Shown one piece after another: positions 9,934 to 21,154 of a DNA stretch of 64,000 bases; within the stretch, counting starts at the first letter, position 1; every line of letters starts with the position of its first letter. The stretch is from an uncultured Bacilli bacterium. Its GTDB lineage: Bacteria > Bacillota_I > Bacilli_A > RFN20 > CAG-826. The position numbers and the translations under genes are program-made. The stretch spans positions 193,578-257,577 of the forward strand of contig CAKVCX010000002.1 of assembly GCA_934725985.1 (NCBI GenBank), in the 5' to 3' direction. The notes under the pieces were generated by a model. The model saw only the letters and a list, made by a program, of their open reading frames with translations, was not told where the DNA came from and did no database searches.

Positions 9934-11400
9934 ATGGGTTTAAAAAAGGCGGGTATCTTATTGCCTATTGCTTCTCTTCCTGGAAAATTTGGAATTGGGG
10001 ATTTTGGCATTGAAGGATACCAATTAATCGATTCCTTGAAGGAAGGAAATATGAAATTATGGCAAATCTTGCCGCTTAATCCATTGGGTTATGGAAATTC
10101 TCCTTATCAAGGTTATTCTTCTTTTGCCCTAGATGAAATCTATATTGATTTGATGCAACTAAAAGAAGAAGGCTTGTTAGATGATTTGCCTCCATATGAA
10201 GAAAAAAGTAACTTCATTGAATATGAGAAAATTAGGACTTTGAAATTAAAATATTTACGAATAGCCTATTCTAACGATAAAGATAATTCGAAAAAGGAAG
10301 TTGAAAAATTTAAAGACGAGAATCCTTATATTTACTCCTGGGCGATTTATAAATCTTTTAAAAGAAAATTCAAGACTTCATGGAATCTATTTCCAGGCGG
10401 GAAAAGTGATTATTCTAAAGCTAGTCAAAACTTAAGTAATCCTGAAAAAGAAGAAATTAATTTTGAGCTTTGGATTCAATTGCAATTATTTAAGCAATGG
10501 CAACGTTTGCATGAATATGCGACTAGCAAAGGCATAAAAATAATAGGGGATTTGCCTTTCTATGTCGGCTTCGATTCTAGTGATGTCTATGCAAAGAATT
10601 CTTATTTCCTTTTAGATTCAAATAGCAAGCAGCCTTGCTTTGTGGCAGGAGTTCCACCTGATTATTTTTCCCCTACCGGTCAAAGATGGGGTAACCCAAT
10701 TTACGATTTCAATGCGTTGGAAAAAGATGATTTTTCGTTTTTAATAGATCGAATAGCTTATGCTCATAAACTTTATGATATTGTCAGGATCGATCATTTT
10801 AGGGCTTTTTCTACTTATTGGAAAATCAAAGCGTCTTGTCTAACCGCGATTGATGGAGAATGGGTAGAAGCACCTGGTTATAAAATATTTGATAGATTGT
10901 TTGCTTCTTTTCCTCATATTGAAATTATAGCCGAGGACTTAGGGGAATTAACCGAAGAAGTAAGGATCTTAAAAGACCATTATAATTTGCCAGGAATGAA
11001 TGTCATTCAATTTACAATTTATGATGATTTATTCGCCAAAAAAGAAGGCTTTGATAAAGAAAATGTCGTTATTTATTTAGGAACTCATGATAATGAAACG
11101 ACTTCTTCTTTCTTAAAATCAATGAAGTTGGAAGATAAAGAATATCTAGATAATGTTTTCTCTTCGCTAAATATAGAAGGGGAAAGCTTGCTTGAGCGTT
11201 TAATTAAGTTTGCTTTAAGGAAAAAAGGAAAATATGTTATTTTCACTTTCATGGATTTGCTTAATTTAAGTAACCAAGCAAGAATAAATACGCCGGGAAT
11301 TGTCTCTAAATCCAATTGGACATATAAATTAAAGGATTTTAACGCTTTATTTAAAGCAATTAACGAATATAAAGAAGAAATTATTAAGGATGGTAGATAA
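9934..11400 (+). CDS. malQ: 4-alpha-glucanotransferase (amylomaltase, GH77)
   Basis: GILLPIASLPG...IGDFG start, the HFRAF block and DLPFYVG are typical GH77 sequences. Confidence 0.85.
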   Translation: MGLKKAGILLPIASLPGKFGIGDFGIEGYQLIDSLKEGNMKLWQILPLNPLGYGNSPYQGYSSFALDEIYIDLMQLKEEGLLDDLPPYEEKSNFIEYEKIRTLKLKYLRIAYSNDKDNSKKEVEKFKDENPYIYSWAIYKSFKRKFKTSWNLFPGGKSDYSKASQNLSNPEKEEINFELWIQLQLFKQWQRLHEYATSKGIKIIGDLPFYVGFDSSDVYAKNSYFLLDSNSKQPCFVAGVPPDYFSPTGQRWGNPIYDFNALEKDDFSFLIDRIAYAHKLYDIVRIDHFRAFSTYWKIKASCLTAIDGEWVEAPGYKIFDRLFASFPHIEIIAEDLGELTEEVRILKDHYNLPGMNVIQFTIYDDLFAKKEGFDKENVVIYLGTHDNETTSSFLKSMKLEDKEYLDNVFSSLNIEGESLLERLIKFALRKKGKYVIFTFMDLLNLSNQARINTPGIVSKSNWTYKLKDFNALFKAINEYKEEIIKDGR

Positions 11401-12696
11401 ATGAAAAAAGTAGGCATTGTTTCTTTAGGGTGCGCGAAAAATTTAATTGATTCCGAGTCGATTCTTGGAATGTTTGATACTCCAAGCTTTGAAATAACTA
11501 ACGACCCAAAAGAAGCTGATTTTATCATCGTTAATACTTGTGGTTTTATTTCTTCCTCAAAAAAAGAATCGATAAATACGATTCTAGAAATGGCTAAATA
11601 TGATGCCAAATTAATCGTTACGGGTTGTTTGGCCGAAAGATATGAAGATGAGTTAAAAACCGAATTGCCAGAAGTCGATGCGTTTATTCCCCTTAAAGAG
11701 TATTCTTCCTTACAAGAAGAAATGATTAAAATCACTGGCTGTTCTGATATCTTGCCTTTTTCTTCTTTTAGAAGGGTCTTATCTTCTTCAAAATATAGTG
11801 CTTATCTACGCATATCTGAAGGGTGTGATAATTTTTGTTCGTTTTGCGCTATCCCGTTTATCAGGGGGAGATTTAAGTCGCGTCCTTTTTTTGAAATCAT
11901 AGAGGAAGCCAAGCTATTAAAGGAAAAAGGGGTTAAAGAGATTTCCTTAATTTCCCAAGATACTACTAATTATGGAATTGATTTTCCTTCTAAAAAGCCA
12001 AATGTTGTCGACTTGTTAAAAGAAATAGAAAAGATAGGTTTCTATTCCATTCGGCTTTTATATTTATATCCAAGCGAAATAAGCGATGAGCTCATAGATT
12101 TGATCTCTTCTAGCAAACAAATCGCCCATTATTTTGATATACCTATTCAATGTGCTTCCGACCATTTGCTTAAATTAATGAATCGTCATGGCGATATGAA
12201 GCAAACTTATGAACTATTTTCTAAAATAAAGGAAAAATGTCCTGATGCAATCTTGCGCACGACTTTAATCGCGGGTTTTCCTGGCGAAAACGAAGAAGAT
12301 TTAAAAGAAACAAAAGACTTCTTAAATCAAATTCAATTCGATCATATGGGTTGCTTTACTTATTCTAGAGAAGATGGAACCGCTTCTTATAATTACCCTA
12401 ATCAAATAAAAGAAGCCACAAAAAGAAAAAGAAAAGATGAACTAATGAAACTACAGGCAACTATTTCTTTTAAAAAAGCCAAGAGTCAAATTGGAAAAAT
12501 ATTTGAAGGGATGGTAATTAGTTCTAAACGAAAAGATGGGACTTATTTATTAAGAAGCTATTGGAATGCCCCTGATGATATTGACGGTAACATAATTTTT
12601 ACCTCAAATAGGGAATTAAAGGAAGGGGATATAGTTAAGGTTAAAATTGAAAACGCTTTTGTTTATGATTTGATGGGGGTAGAAGTTTATGAATAA
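11401..12696 (+). CDS. rimO: Ribosomal protein S12 methylthiotransferase (radical SAM MTTase)
   Basis: VGIVSLGCAKNLIDSE N-terminal MTTase domain, the CDNFCSFCAIP radical-SAM CxxxCxxC and a C-terminal TRAM domain. Confidence 0.75.
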   Translation: MKKVGIVSLGCAKNLIDSESILGMFDTPSFEITNDPKEADFIIVNTCGFISSSKKESINTILEMAKYDAKLIVTGCLAERYEDELKTELPEVDAFIPLKEYSSLQEEMIKITGCSDILPFSSFRRVLSSSKYSAYLRISEGCDNFCSFCAIPFIRGRFKSRPFFEIIEEAKLLKEKGVKEISLISQDTTNYGIDFPSKKPNVVDLLKEIEKIGFYSIRLLYLYPSEISDELIDLISSSKQIAHYFDIPIQCASDHLLKLMNRHGDMKQTYELFSKIKEKCPDAILRTTLIAGFPGENEEDLKETKDFLNQIQFDHMGCFTYSREDGTASYNYPNQIKEATKRKRKDELMKLQATISFKKAKSQIGKIFEGMVISSKRKDGTYLLRSYWNAPDDIDGNIIFTSNRELKEGDIVKVKIENAFVYDLMGVEVYE

Positions 12697-13576
12697 AATC
12701 AATTTCTTTTTTGCCTTTTCTTTTTTGTTAGTTTTGCCTTCTTGCTCGCCAACTAGCGAGGAATCTTCCTTGATTAGAGATTCTTCGGCTGAGTTTGATT
12801 CAATTTTAAATTCAAGTTCAACTCAAGAAAGTTCTTCTTTCTCTTCCTCTTTTTTTGATTCGAGCTCTAGCGAAGAAAGTTCTATTTTAAGCAGTTCTTT
12901 TATTGAATCTATTTCTAGCCAATCTAGTAGCAAAGAGGAAAGTATAAGTAGCGAATCTACTTCTTTTGAAAATGAATATAATCCGGATGGATCGCCTAAA
13001 TTAGCCGCTCCTAGCAACTATTTAGATCCAAAAGATTTTTCTTCTTCTTATTTTAATTTTGATGTTTCTAGTTATACTCAGAAGCCCTTGGAAGGTGGAT
13101 TTTCCTTAATTTATGGAAATTCAAAATATGATGTCCCTTCTTATACGAAATATGAAAATAACGAAGATAATCCAAAAGTAAATGGTTTAAAGATGGATTA
13201 TTTTGACCGTAATAACCAAGGAAGAAGTTATGTGGGATTGCAATCTCCTTATATGGTTTCCAATAAAAAGATTGAATTTAGATTCAAAGTAAGCGGAGTT
13301 CATGGAACGCAAAAGAAAAACGGGAACGATAAGCATCCTTTGTTTACTATATATTCTTATAACGAAGACTTTTCTCTTGTCTCTATTTCTAAATATTTTA
13401 ATGATGAATATGGAAAAACTATTCTCAATAGCGGTGAAGTAAAACTCTATATAACTCATGCAATGGAAGTAAGATATTTTGAACTGAGATTTAATCAAGC
13501 TCCTTATTCATCATCTAAACAATGTTTTAATTTTAATATCTCTTCTTTAACTTTAAGACAATGGGAATATGAATGA
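12689..13576 (+). CDS. Lipoprotein with Ser/Glu-rich low-complexity linker and unknown C-terminal domain
   Basis: Signal peptide plus Cys (LVLPSCS), then a ~70 aa serine-rich tract. The start overlaps the rimO stop by 8 nt. Confidence 0.5.
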   Translation: MNKINFFFAFSFLLVLPSCSPTSEESSLIRDSSAEFDSILNSSSTQESSSFSSSFFDSSSSEESSILSSSFIESISSQSSSKEESISSESTSFENEYNPDGSPKLAAPSNYLDPKDFSSSYFNFDVSSYTQKPLEGGFSLIYGNSKYDVPSYTKYENNEDNPKVNGLKMDYFDRNNQGRSYVGLQSPYMVSNKKIEFRFKVSGVHGTQKKNGNDKHPLFTIYSYNEDFSLVSISKYFNDEYGKTILNSGEVKLYITHAMEVRYFELRFNQAPYSSSKQCFNFNISSLTLRQWEYE

Positions 13577-13683
13577 TTTTTTTGACAATATTAGTTAAAT
13601 GTATAATTTAAGCAAATTCTTTATTTGAAAACACAATAAATTTATTCATAATAAAATAAGTGATAATCAAAAAGGAAAAAAAT

Positions 13684-14511
13684 ATGAAAAATAAATCTAT
13701 ATTGCTTATTTTACCAGCCCTTACATTAATTTGTTCTTGTTCTTCTGAACCAGGATCGGATTATAAAGAAATCGATGCTCCTACTGCTAAAGCTCAAGCT
13801 AAAAAAATTGAAGACAATGTTGAAAGCAAATCTTTTACATTGCCAAATAAAGTGACTTATACTTTCTCTTCTTCTGCTTCTGGAAAAGATAAAGATGGCA
13901 ATACTGGTACCAATTTAAAAGGCTCTTCTAGCTTGGATTTAGAAAATAAGTATGTTCATTTTTATCTAGAGGGAGATACCTTTGGTGAAAATGGTGGAAG
14001 TGGCAAAATGGAAGGATGGTCTTATATTAAAGACAATCAATTTGTTGCTGCCATAGAAAGCGGTGCTACTAAAGCATATAGTCTAGTTTCTATCGAAGGT
14101 GGGGAGCGAGAGTTTAATAGCTTTGTTAGCAAAGCCAATTTAAACAGCGAGAACATTATCGATATTGCCAAAGAGTTCGCTGATGAAATCGCTGATTATG
14201 CTTCTGCTAACCTTGATATTACGCTTGGGACTACTGGCATTAAAACCGAAAGTAAGTTTTTTAAAGGAAGTGGCGATGGCGATTTGAAATTGGAATACAA
14301 AACTTCTTTTGAAAGTTCTTCTTATTCATATAATGCAGAAGGAAAATTTGTCCTGGGTTCTTATTTACCTACATATTTTTATTATAAAAAGACAGGTAAT
14401 TTTAATGGGGCTGCCTTCCAAAGCGAATCAAAATTCCAGTTTGATTGGGGCAAATGCGATTTAAATTATCCTAATTTAGATAGTTTCACCTTAAATAGTT
14501 CCGCTCTTTAA
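13684..14511 (+). CDS. Lipoprotein, unknown function
   Basis: MKNKSILLILPALTLICSCSS signal/lipobox. Start moved to the ATG at 13684, preceded by an aaagga RBS. An A7 tract lies in the RBS region. Confidence 0.5.
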   Translation: MKNKSILLILPALTLICSCSSEPGSDYKEIDAPTAKAQAKKIEDNVESKSFTLPNKVTYTFSSSASGKDKDGNTGTNLKGSSSLDLENKYVHFYLEGDTFGENGGSGKMEGWSYIKDNQFVAAIESGATKAYSLVSIEGGEREFNSFVSKANLNSENIIDIAKEFADEIADYASANLDITLGTTGIKTESKFFKGSGDGDLKLEYKTSFESSSYSYNAEGKFVLGSYLPTYFYYKKTGNFNGAAFQSESKFQFDWGKCDLNYPNLDSFTLNSSAL

Positions 14512-14522
14512 TTATAATTAAT

Positions 14523-14586
14523 AGAGGATATTTCTTATCCTCTTTTTTTTAATAAAAAATCCTTCCTTTAATAGAGGAAGGATTTT
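14523..14586. terminator. Bidirectional rho-independent terminators (lipoprotein on +, pflA on -)
   Basis: GAGGATATTTCTTATCCTC followed by a T10 run. A second hairpin TCCTTCCTTTAATAGAGGAAGGA is flanked by A-run/T-run. Confidence 0.7.
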
Positions 14587-15370
14587 AACATTTTAGATAT
14601 CCATCAAAATATGCAACATCCATAATTTTGTTGGCTTTATCGATATCTTCTTTACTCGGAGGCAAAACATCTTTTAGGACGTAATCACGATGTAATTGTT
14701 CATATTTTGGTATAGCCAAACTATGATAAGGCAATATTTCAACTCTTTTAATGTTATTAAATTGCTTTAAGAAATTGCTAGAAGATTTTAAAGTTTCTTC
14801 ATTATCTGTATATCCTGGTAACAATACATATCTAATCCAAACAGGGAAGTTTTTTTCTTTTAAGTATTTATAACCTTCAAGGATATTTTTATTATCTTTT
14901 CCTGTAATTTTTTTATGTAATGTTGGATCTAAGGCTTTTAAATCCAATAAGAATAAGGAAGATAAGCTTAACAATTCATCGAATTTCTTTAAATAGCTTT
15001 GTTCCAAAGAAAATGTTGCAATAGAAGTATCGATGACATAACTGATGTTTTCTTTTTTTAGGATTTTTCCTAGTTCAATTAAGAAGTCAATGTTATTTAA
15101 TGGCTCTCCTCCAGAAATAGTAACCCCTCCATTTTTTCCCCAGTAACGCTTATATTTTATTAATTTTTGATAAGCTTCTTTTGGGGTTATTTTATTTCCA
15201 CAAGTAGAGAGTTGCATCTCTGGATTATGGCAATATAGGCAGCGGAGTGGGCATCCGCTTAAGAAGAGGATGCTCCTGACTCCTGGCCCATCGACAAGCC
15301 CAAAGCTTTCTAATTTATCAGAATAGGCAAAGATATTAGAGGTGTTCGTGGCAAGTTCTTGCGATGACAT
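14585..15370 (-). CDS. pflA: Pyruvate formate-lyase activating enzyme (glycyl radical activase)
   Basis: [13 protein letters not shown] radical-SAM motif. It lies downstream of and overlaps pflB. Confidence 0.9.
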   Translation of the reverse strand: MSSQELATNTSNIFAYSDKLESFGLVDGPGVRSILFLSGCPLRCLYCHNPEMQLSTCGNKITPKEAYQKLIKYKRYWGKNGGVTISGGEPLNNIDFLIELGKILKKENISYVIDTSIATFSLEQSYLKKFDELLSLSSLFLLDLKALDPTLHKKITGKDNKNILEGYKYLKEKNFPVWIRYVLLPGYTDNEETLKSSSNFLKQFNNIKRVEILPYHSLAIPKYEQLHRDYVLKDVLPPSKEDIDKANKIMDVAYFDGYLKC

Positions 15371-17579
15371 CTAATTGTTGCTCTTTCGTTAGGTTGATAA
15401 ATTTGACGGCATATCCAGAAACACGAATGGTAAAGTTGGCATATTCTGGCTTTTCTGGATGATTCATGCAATCAATAAGCTTTTCTTTGCCGAATACATT
15501 GACATTAAGATGGTGGGCTCCTCCATCGAAGTAGCCATCTAGAACGTTGACTAAGTTGTTGATTCTTTCCTTATCACTATGGCCTAAGCAATTCGTATTG
15601 ATTGTTTGGGTGTTGGAAATGCCATCTAATGCATATTCATATGGCAATTTGCATAATGAATTCAAAGAAGCTAATAAACCGTTTTGTTCAGCTCCATAGC
15701 TTGGGTTAGCACCTGGAGATAAAGGCTCGCCGGCTTTTCTTCCATCTGGAAGTGTACCCGTGGCTTTTCCATAAACTACATTAGAAGTAATGGTAAGAAT
15801 TGAAGTGGTTGGTTTGGAATTACGATATGTTTTTCTAGAAGCTACATAATCCATAAATGTCTTTAACAAGTGGACGGCAATGGAATCGGCTCTATCATCA
15901 TCATTACCATAACGAGGGAAATCGCCTTCTATTTCAAAGTCAACGGCTATTCCTTTTTCATTTCTAATTGGTTTAACTTTGGCATATTTAATTGCACTTA
16001 AGCTATCAACTACATGGCTAAATCCAGCAATTCCGGTAGCAAAACTTCTTTCTGGATGGGAATCAATTAAAGCCATTTCGGCTGCTTCATAATAATATTT
16101 ATCATGCATGTAGTGGATGATATTCAAAGCTTCGACATAGACTTTGGCTAGCCATTTCATCATGTCTTTGTATTTGGCTAAGACATCATTATATTCTAGA
16201 TATTCCCCAACGCATGGGCGATAGTTTGGACCCACTTGTTCACCGGTTTTTTCATCGACACCGCCATTGATTGCGTAAAGTAAGCACTTGGCAAGATTGG
16301 CCCTAGCTCCGAAGAATTGGTATTCCTTGCCGGTTTCGGTAGCAGAAACGCAGCAGCAAATTGAATAATCATCTTTCCAAACTGGACGCATGACATCATC
16401 GTTTTCATATTGAATCGAAGAAGTCTTAATAGAAATATGAGCGGCATATTTCTTAAATCCAACTGGCAATTTAGAGCTATATAAAACAGTTAAGTTTGGC
16501 TCTGGGCTTGGACCCATGTTTTCTAATGTATGTAAGAAACGGAAGTCATTTTTGGTGACCATGGTTCTACCATCTAGACACATACCGCCAACTTCGAGAG
16601 TAGCCCAAACCGGATCGCCAGAGAATAAGGCGTTATAGCTTGGAATACGGGCAAATTTGACCATTCTGAATTTCAAGACGATTTGGTCGACTAATTCTTG
16701 GGCTTGCTTTTCTGTTAAGATGCCTTTTTTAAGGTCACGTTCAATGTAGATATCTAAGAAAGTGGAAATACGTCCAACTGACATGGCGGCGCCATTTTGG
16801 GTTTTAATGGCGGCGAGGTAGCCAAAATATAACCATTGGAAAGCTTCTTTGGCATTTCTTGCTGGGTTAGAGATATCAAATCCATAGCTTGCGGCCATAA
16901 GTTTCATTTCCTTGAGGGCCTTTATTTGCATGGATATTTCTTCTCTTTCCCTGACTGTTTCTTCTGACATTTCACCATCATCGGTCAAGGCAAAGTCTTC
17001 TTTTTTCTTTTCGATTAAATGGTCGATGCCATATAGGGCAATTCTTCTATAATCCCCAACAATTCTTCCTCTTCCATAAGTATCGGGAAGCCCGGTTATT
17101 ATTTTATTGTGACGGCAGTGGAGTATTTCGGGAGTATAAGCATCGAAAACTCCATCGTTATGGGTTTTATGATAAGTAGTAAAAATCTTATGAAGTTCTT
17201 CATTTGGTGTGTAGCCATAGGTTTTTAAACTTTCTTCGGCCATTTTTATCCCACCATAAGGCATGAAGGCTCTTTTAAGCGGCTTATCGGTTTGTAATCC
17301 GACAACGACTTCTTTTTCCTTATCTAAATAGCCTGGACCATAAGAGGTTAAGGAAGACACAACATCTTCCTCCATGTCTAAAACTCCTCCGTTTTCTCTT
17401 TCTTTCTTTTGGAGTTCTTGTAATTTATCCCATAGGGCGGAAGTATTTTCGGTTGGCCCTTGTAAAAAACTCTCATCCCCTTCATATGGAGTGTAGTTGT
17501 TGACTATAAAATCGCGAACGTCAATGTCTTCTTTCCATTTAGTCCCCTTGAATGTTTCGTAGTATTCTTCGTTAATCAT
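15336..17579 (-). CDS. pflB: Formate C-acetyltransferase (pyruvate formate-lyase)
   Basis: Glycine-radical motif TIRVSGYAV near the C-terminus and the catalytic CC (ICCCVS). 747 aa. Confidence 0.95.
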   Translation of the reverse strand: MINEEYYETFKGTKWKEDIDVRDFIVNNYTPYEGDESFLQGPTENTSALWDKLQELQKKERENGGVLDMEEDVVSSLTSYGPGYLDKEKEVVVGLQTDKPLKRAFMPYGGIKMAEESLKTYGYTPNEELHKIFTTYHKTHNDGVFDAYTPEILHCRHNKIITGLPDTYGRGRIVGDYRRIALYGIDHLIEKKKEDFALTDDGEMSEETVREREEISMQIKALKEMKLMAASYGFDISNPARNAKEAFQWLYFGYLAAIKTQNGAAMSVGRISTFLDIYIERDLKKGILTEKQAQELVDQIVLKFRMVKFARIPSYNALFSGDPVWATLEVGGMCLDGRTMVTKNDFRFLHTLENMGPSPEPNLTVLYSSKLPVGFKKYAAHISIKTSSIQYENDDVMRPVWKDDYSICCCVSATETGKEYQFFGARANLAKCLLYAINGGVDEKTGEQVGPNYRPCVGEYLEYNDVLAKYKDMMKWLAKVYVEALNIIHYMHDKYYYEAAEMALIDSHPERSFATGIAGFSHVVDSLSAIKYAKVKPIRNEKGIAVDFEIEGDFPRYGNDDDRADSIAVHLLKTFMDYVASRKTYRNSKPTTSILTITSNVVYGKATGTLPDGRKAGEPLSPGANPSYGAEQNGLLASLNSLCKLPYEYALDGISNTQTINTNCLGHSDKERINNLVNVLDGYFDGGAHHLNVNVFGKEKLIDCMNHPEKPEYANFTIRVSGYAVKFINLTKEQQLDVIARTCHEHL

Positions 17580-17763
17580 GTAAATGATTCCTCCTCACAT
17601 TTCCGAGCGCTATTATATACCTAGTCATTTCAAATAGTCTTGCGAAATGCTCACTTTTTTTCTTTAAATATGGATGAAAGCCCTTACAAGAAATTTTAAA
17701 ATGTTAATTTAACTTTCTTAATGGAAATTTTTGCTTCTTTTTTTAAGGTTATAGTGGTGAGCA

Positions 17764-17792
17764 AAAAAACTACTTGCTAGGCTTTGACATTG
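17764..17792 (+). promoter_or_regulatory. Sigma-70-like promoter for tRNA-Thr
   Basis: TTGCTA, a 17-nt spacer, then TATAAT, ~50 nt upstream of the tRNA 5' end. Confidence 0.5.
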
Positions 17793-17843
17793 ATAATATA
17801 ATCTTTTTCGCCGATGAGTTTGTAGCGAGCTCTTAGGCTAACC

Positions 17844-17917
17844 GCCCTCATAGTTCAGCGGTAGAACGGATCCATGGTAAGGATCAGACCTCTTTTCGAC
17901 TAAGGGTGAGGGCACCA
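17844..17917 (+). tRNA. tRNA-Thr (anticodon GGT), CCA encoded
   Basis: Hand-folded cloverleaf: acceptor GCCCTCA/TGAGGGC, D-stem GTTC/GAAC, anticodon stem GATCC/GGATC with loop ATGGTAA, T-arm CTCTT-TTCGACT-AAGGG, 3' ACCA. Confidence 0.8.
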
Positions 17918-17929
17918 TTTGAATGAATT

Positions 17930-17953
17930 ACGTACCTTAGTGGTACGTTTTTT
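17930..17953 (+). terminator. Rho-independent terminator after the tRNA
   Basis: ACGTACC-TTAGT-GGTACGT hairpin followed by TTTTTT. Confidence 0.75.
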
Positions 17954-18010
17954 CTTAAAAATAACTAAATAAGTTTTTAATAGACGATTGTCTAAGTATA
18001 AAATAATTGC

Positions 18011-19099
18011 ATGGAACAAGTTAAAAAATTAAGAATAAGAATGCTTTCCGAGGCAACTTCTGTTGAAGGACAAGGCGTTGGTTCGGCTTATCTAGAACAA
18101 GTTAGATTAATAAAAAAGAACGACGATATTTTTAAAGTATATGAAAAAGGAGATAAAGGGAAGGCTGATATTTATCACGTTCATACGGTAAATCCTAAAT
18201 TTAAATTGAGGATGAATAAACGCCATGTCAACGTTATTTATGTCCATTTTTTGCCAACTACTTTAGATGGCTCTATCCATTTGCCAAAATTGGCTTTTAA
18301 TATTTTTAAAAAATACGTTATTTCCATTTATAAAAAAGCCGATGAAATAGTTGTTGTTAACCCTATTTTCATTAAACCTTTGGTAGAACTTGGGATGAAA
18401 GAAGAAAACATTACCTATATCCCAAATTATGTTTCTCCTAGTCAATTTTTCCCTTTAAGTAAGGAAAAGAAAGATGAAATAAGGAAGAAATATGGAATAG
18501 ATAAAAACGCTTTTGTTATTCTTGGTGTAGGACAAGTTCAAACTAGAAAAGGAGTCTTGGATTTTGTCGAAGTTGCGAAAAGAAATATAGACAAAACATT
18601 TGTTTGGGCAGGTGGATTTAGCTTCGGGAAAATGACAGATGGCTATAAAAAGCTTAAGGAAGTGATGGATAATCCTCCAAAAAACGTTAAGTTCTTAGGC
18701 ATAATCCCAAGGAAAGACATGAATGAAATTTTCAATATGGCTTCTTTACTTTTCATGCCTTCTTTTGCTGAATTATTCCCCATGTCCATATTAGAAGCCG
18801 CCTCGACTAATACCCCAATTTTATTAAGGGATTTAGATTTATATAAGGATATTCTTTTTTCTGACTATTTAACTGGAAATGATGTTTCTTCTTTTTCTTA
18901 TGAAATCGAAAAGCTTTCTAGCGATCCCAATTATTATCAACAAGCCTTAATAAAGAGTGAGCATATTGCCTCTTTTTATTGCGAGGAGGCGGTTTCGAAA
19001 ATGTGGAGAGAATATTATTTTAGGATTTATAATAAGTGGGCATCTTCGAAAAAGAAGAAGTTAATAAAACCACTAATAGTGACAAAGGAGAATAAATAA
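18011..19099 (+). CDS. GT4-family glycosyltransferase (GT-B fold; candidate diacylglycerol glycosyltransferase)
   Basis: C-terminal GT4 block (PSFAELFPMSILEAASTNTPIL with the E-x7-E motif). ~360 aa. Confidence 0.7.
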   Translation: MEQVKKLRIRMLSEATSVEGQGVGSAYLEQVRLIKKNDDIFKVYEKGDKGKADIYHVHTVNPKFKLRMNKRHVNVIYVHFLPTTLDGSIHLPKLAFNIFKKYVISIYKKADEIVVVNPIFIKPLVELGMKEENITYIPNYVSPSQFFPLSKEKKDEIRKKYGIDKNAFVILGVGQVQTRKGVLDFVEVAKRNIDKTFVWAGGFSFGKMTDGYKKLKEVMDNPPKNVKFLGIIPRKDMNEIFNMASLLFMPSFAELFPMSILEAASTNTPILLRDLDLYKDILFSDYLTGNDVSSFSYEIEKLSSDPNYYQQALIKSEHIASFYCEEAVSKMWREYYFRIYNKWASSKKKKLIKPLIVTKENK

Positions 19100-19101
19100 T
19101 T

Positions 19102-19959
19102 ATGAAAATTGTTATTTCGGCTGAATCCACGATTGATTTGCCTTCGGAGTTATTAGAAAAATATGATATCCATATCCTACCTTTTACTCTTGTTTTAGGG
19201 GAAGAAGAGGGGGCAGATGGAAAAATTAAGCCGGAAGATTTATATGAGTATGTTAGCAAAAGCGGCAAGCTTCCTCATACTTCCGCGGTTAATGAATTTC
19301 AATATGACGAATTCTTCTCTTCCTTATTAAAAGAATATGACCACATCATCCACTTTTCTTTATCTAGCGAGATTTCTTCTGCTTGTTCCAATGCAAAAGC
19401 GGCTGCTGCTAAATTAAACGGCAAAGTAGATATTATTGATACTAGATCTCTTTCTACTGGCATTGCCTTACAAGCCATATACGCATCTAATTTAGTTAAA
19501 AATGGGCACTCAGCCGAGGAGATTATTTCCTTATTAACAAATAGAATCCCCTTCGACCAAGCCTCCTTTTCTTTGGAATCGGTCGATTATTTATATAAGG
19601 GGGGTAGATGCTCTTATTTAAAGATGCTAGGCGTTAATATTTTAAAAATTAAGCCATCTATCTATGTAAAAGAAGGAAAGATGGTTGTTGGGGGTAAATA
19701 TAGGGGAAATATGCTAAAAGCCGTCATGGGATATGTCGAAGACACTTTGAAAAAATTCAATAATCCTGATCATTCTAGGGTCTTTATAACTTATTCAACC
19801 GCTCCAGATGATGTAGTGGAAGCCGTTAAACAAAGGCTTTCTAAAGAAGGGTTTAAAGAAATAATCCCAACTAGGGCCGGTTCAACCATTTCTTGCCACT
19901 GTGGCCCACATTGTTTAGGCATACTCTATTTTAATGATGGCGATAACCACATTAATTAA
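19102..19959 (+). CDS. DegV-family fatty-acid-binding protein (FakB-like)
   Basis: DegV signature. N-terminus MKIVISAESTIDLP, length 285 aa. Confidence 0.8.
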   Translation: MKIVISAESTIDLPSELLEKYDIHILPFTLVLGEEEGADGKIKPEDLYEYVSKSGKLPHTSAVNEFQYDEFFSSLLKEYDHIIHFSLSSEISSACSNAKAAAAKLNGKVDIIDTRSLSTGIALQAIYASNLVKNGHSAEEIISLLTNRIPFDQASFSLESVDYLYKGGRCSYLKMLGVNILKIKPSIYVKEGKMVVGGKYRGNMLKAVMGYVEDTLKKFNNPDHSRVFITYSTAPDDVVEAVKQRLSKEGFKEIIPTRAGSTISCHCGPHCLGILYFNDGDNHIN

Positions 19960-19983
19960 ATAATTTAGGTATTTAACTCTAGG

Positions 19984-20019
19984 CCTTCTTGCTTATTTAT
20001 CGAACAAGGAGGTCTTTTT
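19984..20019 (+). terminator. Rho-independent terminator after degV
   Basis: CCTTCTTG...CAAGGAGG imperfect hairpin followed by TCTTTTTC. Confidence 0.55.
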
Positions 20020-20080
20020 CTATCTTTCTTAATAATATAAGCAACTATCATTTAACTTCTATAATTGGTAAAATAATTAT

Positions 20081-21154
20081 ATGAAAAAGAAAAATATTTA
20101 TTTTGCTTTACTTATTTTCTCCCTATCTTTGTTTTCTTGTGGAAATAAGACTTATTCCTTGGAGGATTATCAAAAAGAGATTTCTTTTGGGGATAAGGAT
20201 TTTTTAAATGTTCTTCAATTAGCCGATATCCATTGGAGTTATGCAACAGATAAGGAAAAGCAAACCCAATATCTTCAAACTCTAATTAGTCAAAGCGAAG
20301 CCGACATTGTTATCTTAACAGGTGATCAAGTATTAAATGGTGACGCCTCGACTTATTCTTCTTTGCTTGATTGCATGGAAAATTCTTCTGCTTCTTATTT
20401 TGCTTTTGTTTATGGAAACCATGATGAACAAGGCTTATATGATAAGCTTTATCCAATTAGGGAAGGCTTAAAAAGAAGCAAATGCCTTAACTCTTTTTGC
20501 GACAATGATGATGTTTATGGTTTAACAAATTTCGTCATAAACATTAAAGATGGCACTTCCTTGCCTTGGCAAATTTATTGTCTAGATTCCAATAGTTTAA
20601 AGCCAGGAAGCTTTAATATTCCTTATGATGTTCTTCATGATGACCAAATAAGTTGGTACGAAAAGCAAGTTAAACAAGCTAAGGAAAATAACCCCAATTC
20701 AAAATCTTTAACCTATTTCCATATTCCTCTTTGGGAAAGTGAATATGCCTATAGGAGGTCAAAAAACATTGATTCGATTGGAAATGTAAAAAGGTTTTCC
20801 GGTTCCATGAATGAAAGCGATTTTTATATTGATGGGCTAGGTGATACTAAAGTATATGCAGGCTATAAAAGGACTTCTTTTTTCACCAAGGCTGAAGAGT
20901 TAGGTTCAACAAAAGCGATTTTTAATGGTCATGACCATAAAAATGATTTTTGTGCCGAGTATTATATAGATGAAAGTAAGCAAGATGACCCAATAGCCCT
21001 TTGTTATGGGTTAAAATCTGGTGATGGTTTGAGCTATGACGAAGATAAACAAGGTGGTGTTTTGGCTACAATTTATAAAAATGGGGATCTTAAACTATCT
21101 AGAGCGAGACTAAATTATTCCTTTGAATATACCTTGGAGGATATGTTTAAATGA
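20081..21154 (+). CDS. Calcineurin-like metallophosphoesterase lipoprotein
   Basis: LFSCGN lipobox and MPP motifs (LADIHWS, GDQV, GNHDE, GHDH). Confidence 0.65.
   Translation: MKKKNIYFALLIFSLSLFSCGNKTYSLEDYQKEISFGDKDFLNVLQLADIHWSYATDKEKQTQYLQTLISQSEADIVILTGDQVLNGDASTYSSLLDCMENSSASYFAFVYGNHDEQGLYDKLYPIREGLKRSKCLNSFCDNDDVYGLTNFVINIKDGTSLPWQIYCLDSNSLKPGSFNIPYDVLHDDQISWYEKQVKQAKENNPNSKSLTYFHIPLWESEYAYRRSKNIDSIGNVKRFSGSMNESDFYIDGLGDTKVYAGYKRTSFFTKAEELGSTKAIFNGHDHKNDFCAEYYIDESKQDDPIALCYGLKSGDGLSYDEDKQGGVLATIYKNGDLKLSRARLNYSFEYTLEDMFK

Noticed and set aside
11085-11735. 216-aa minus-strand ORF spanning the malQ end and the rimO start
   Set aside because: It is antisense to two well-supported conserved genes and has no RBS or recognisable domain. 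This is typical spurious ORF behaviour in AT-rich DNA.
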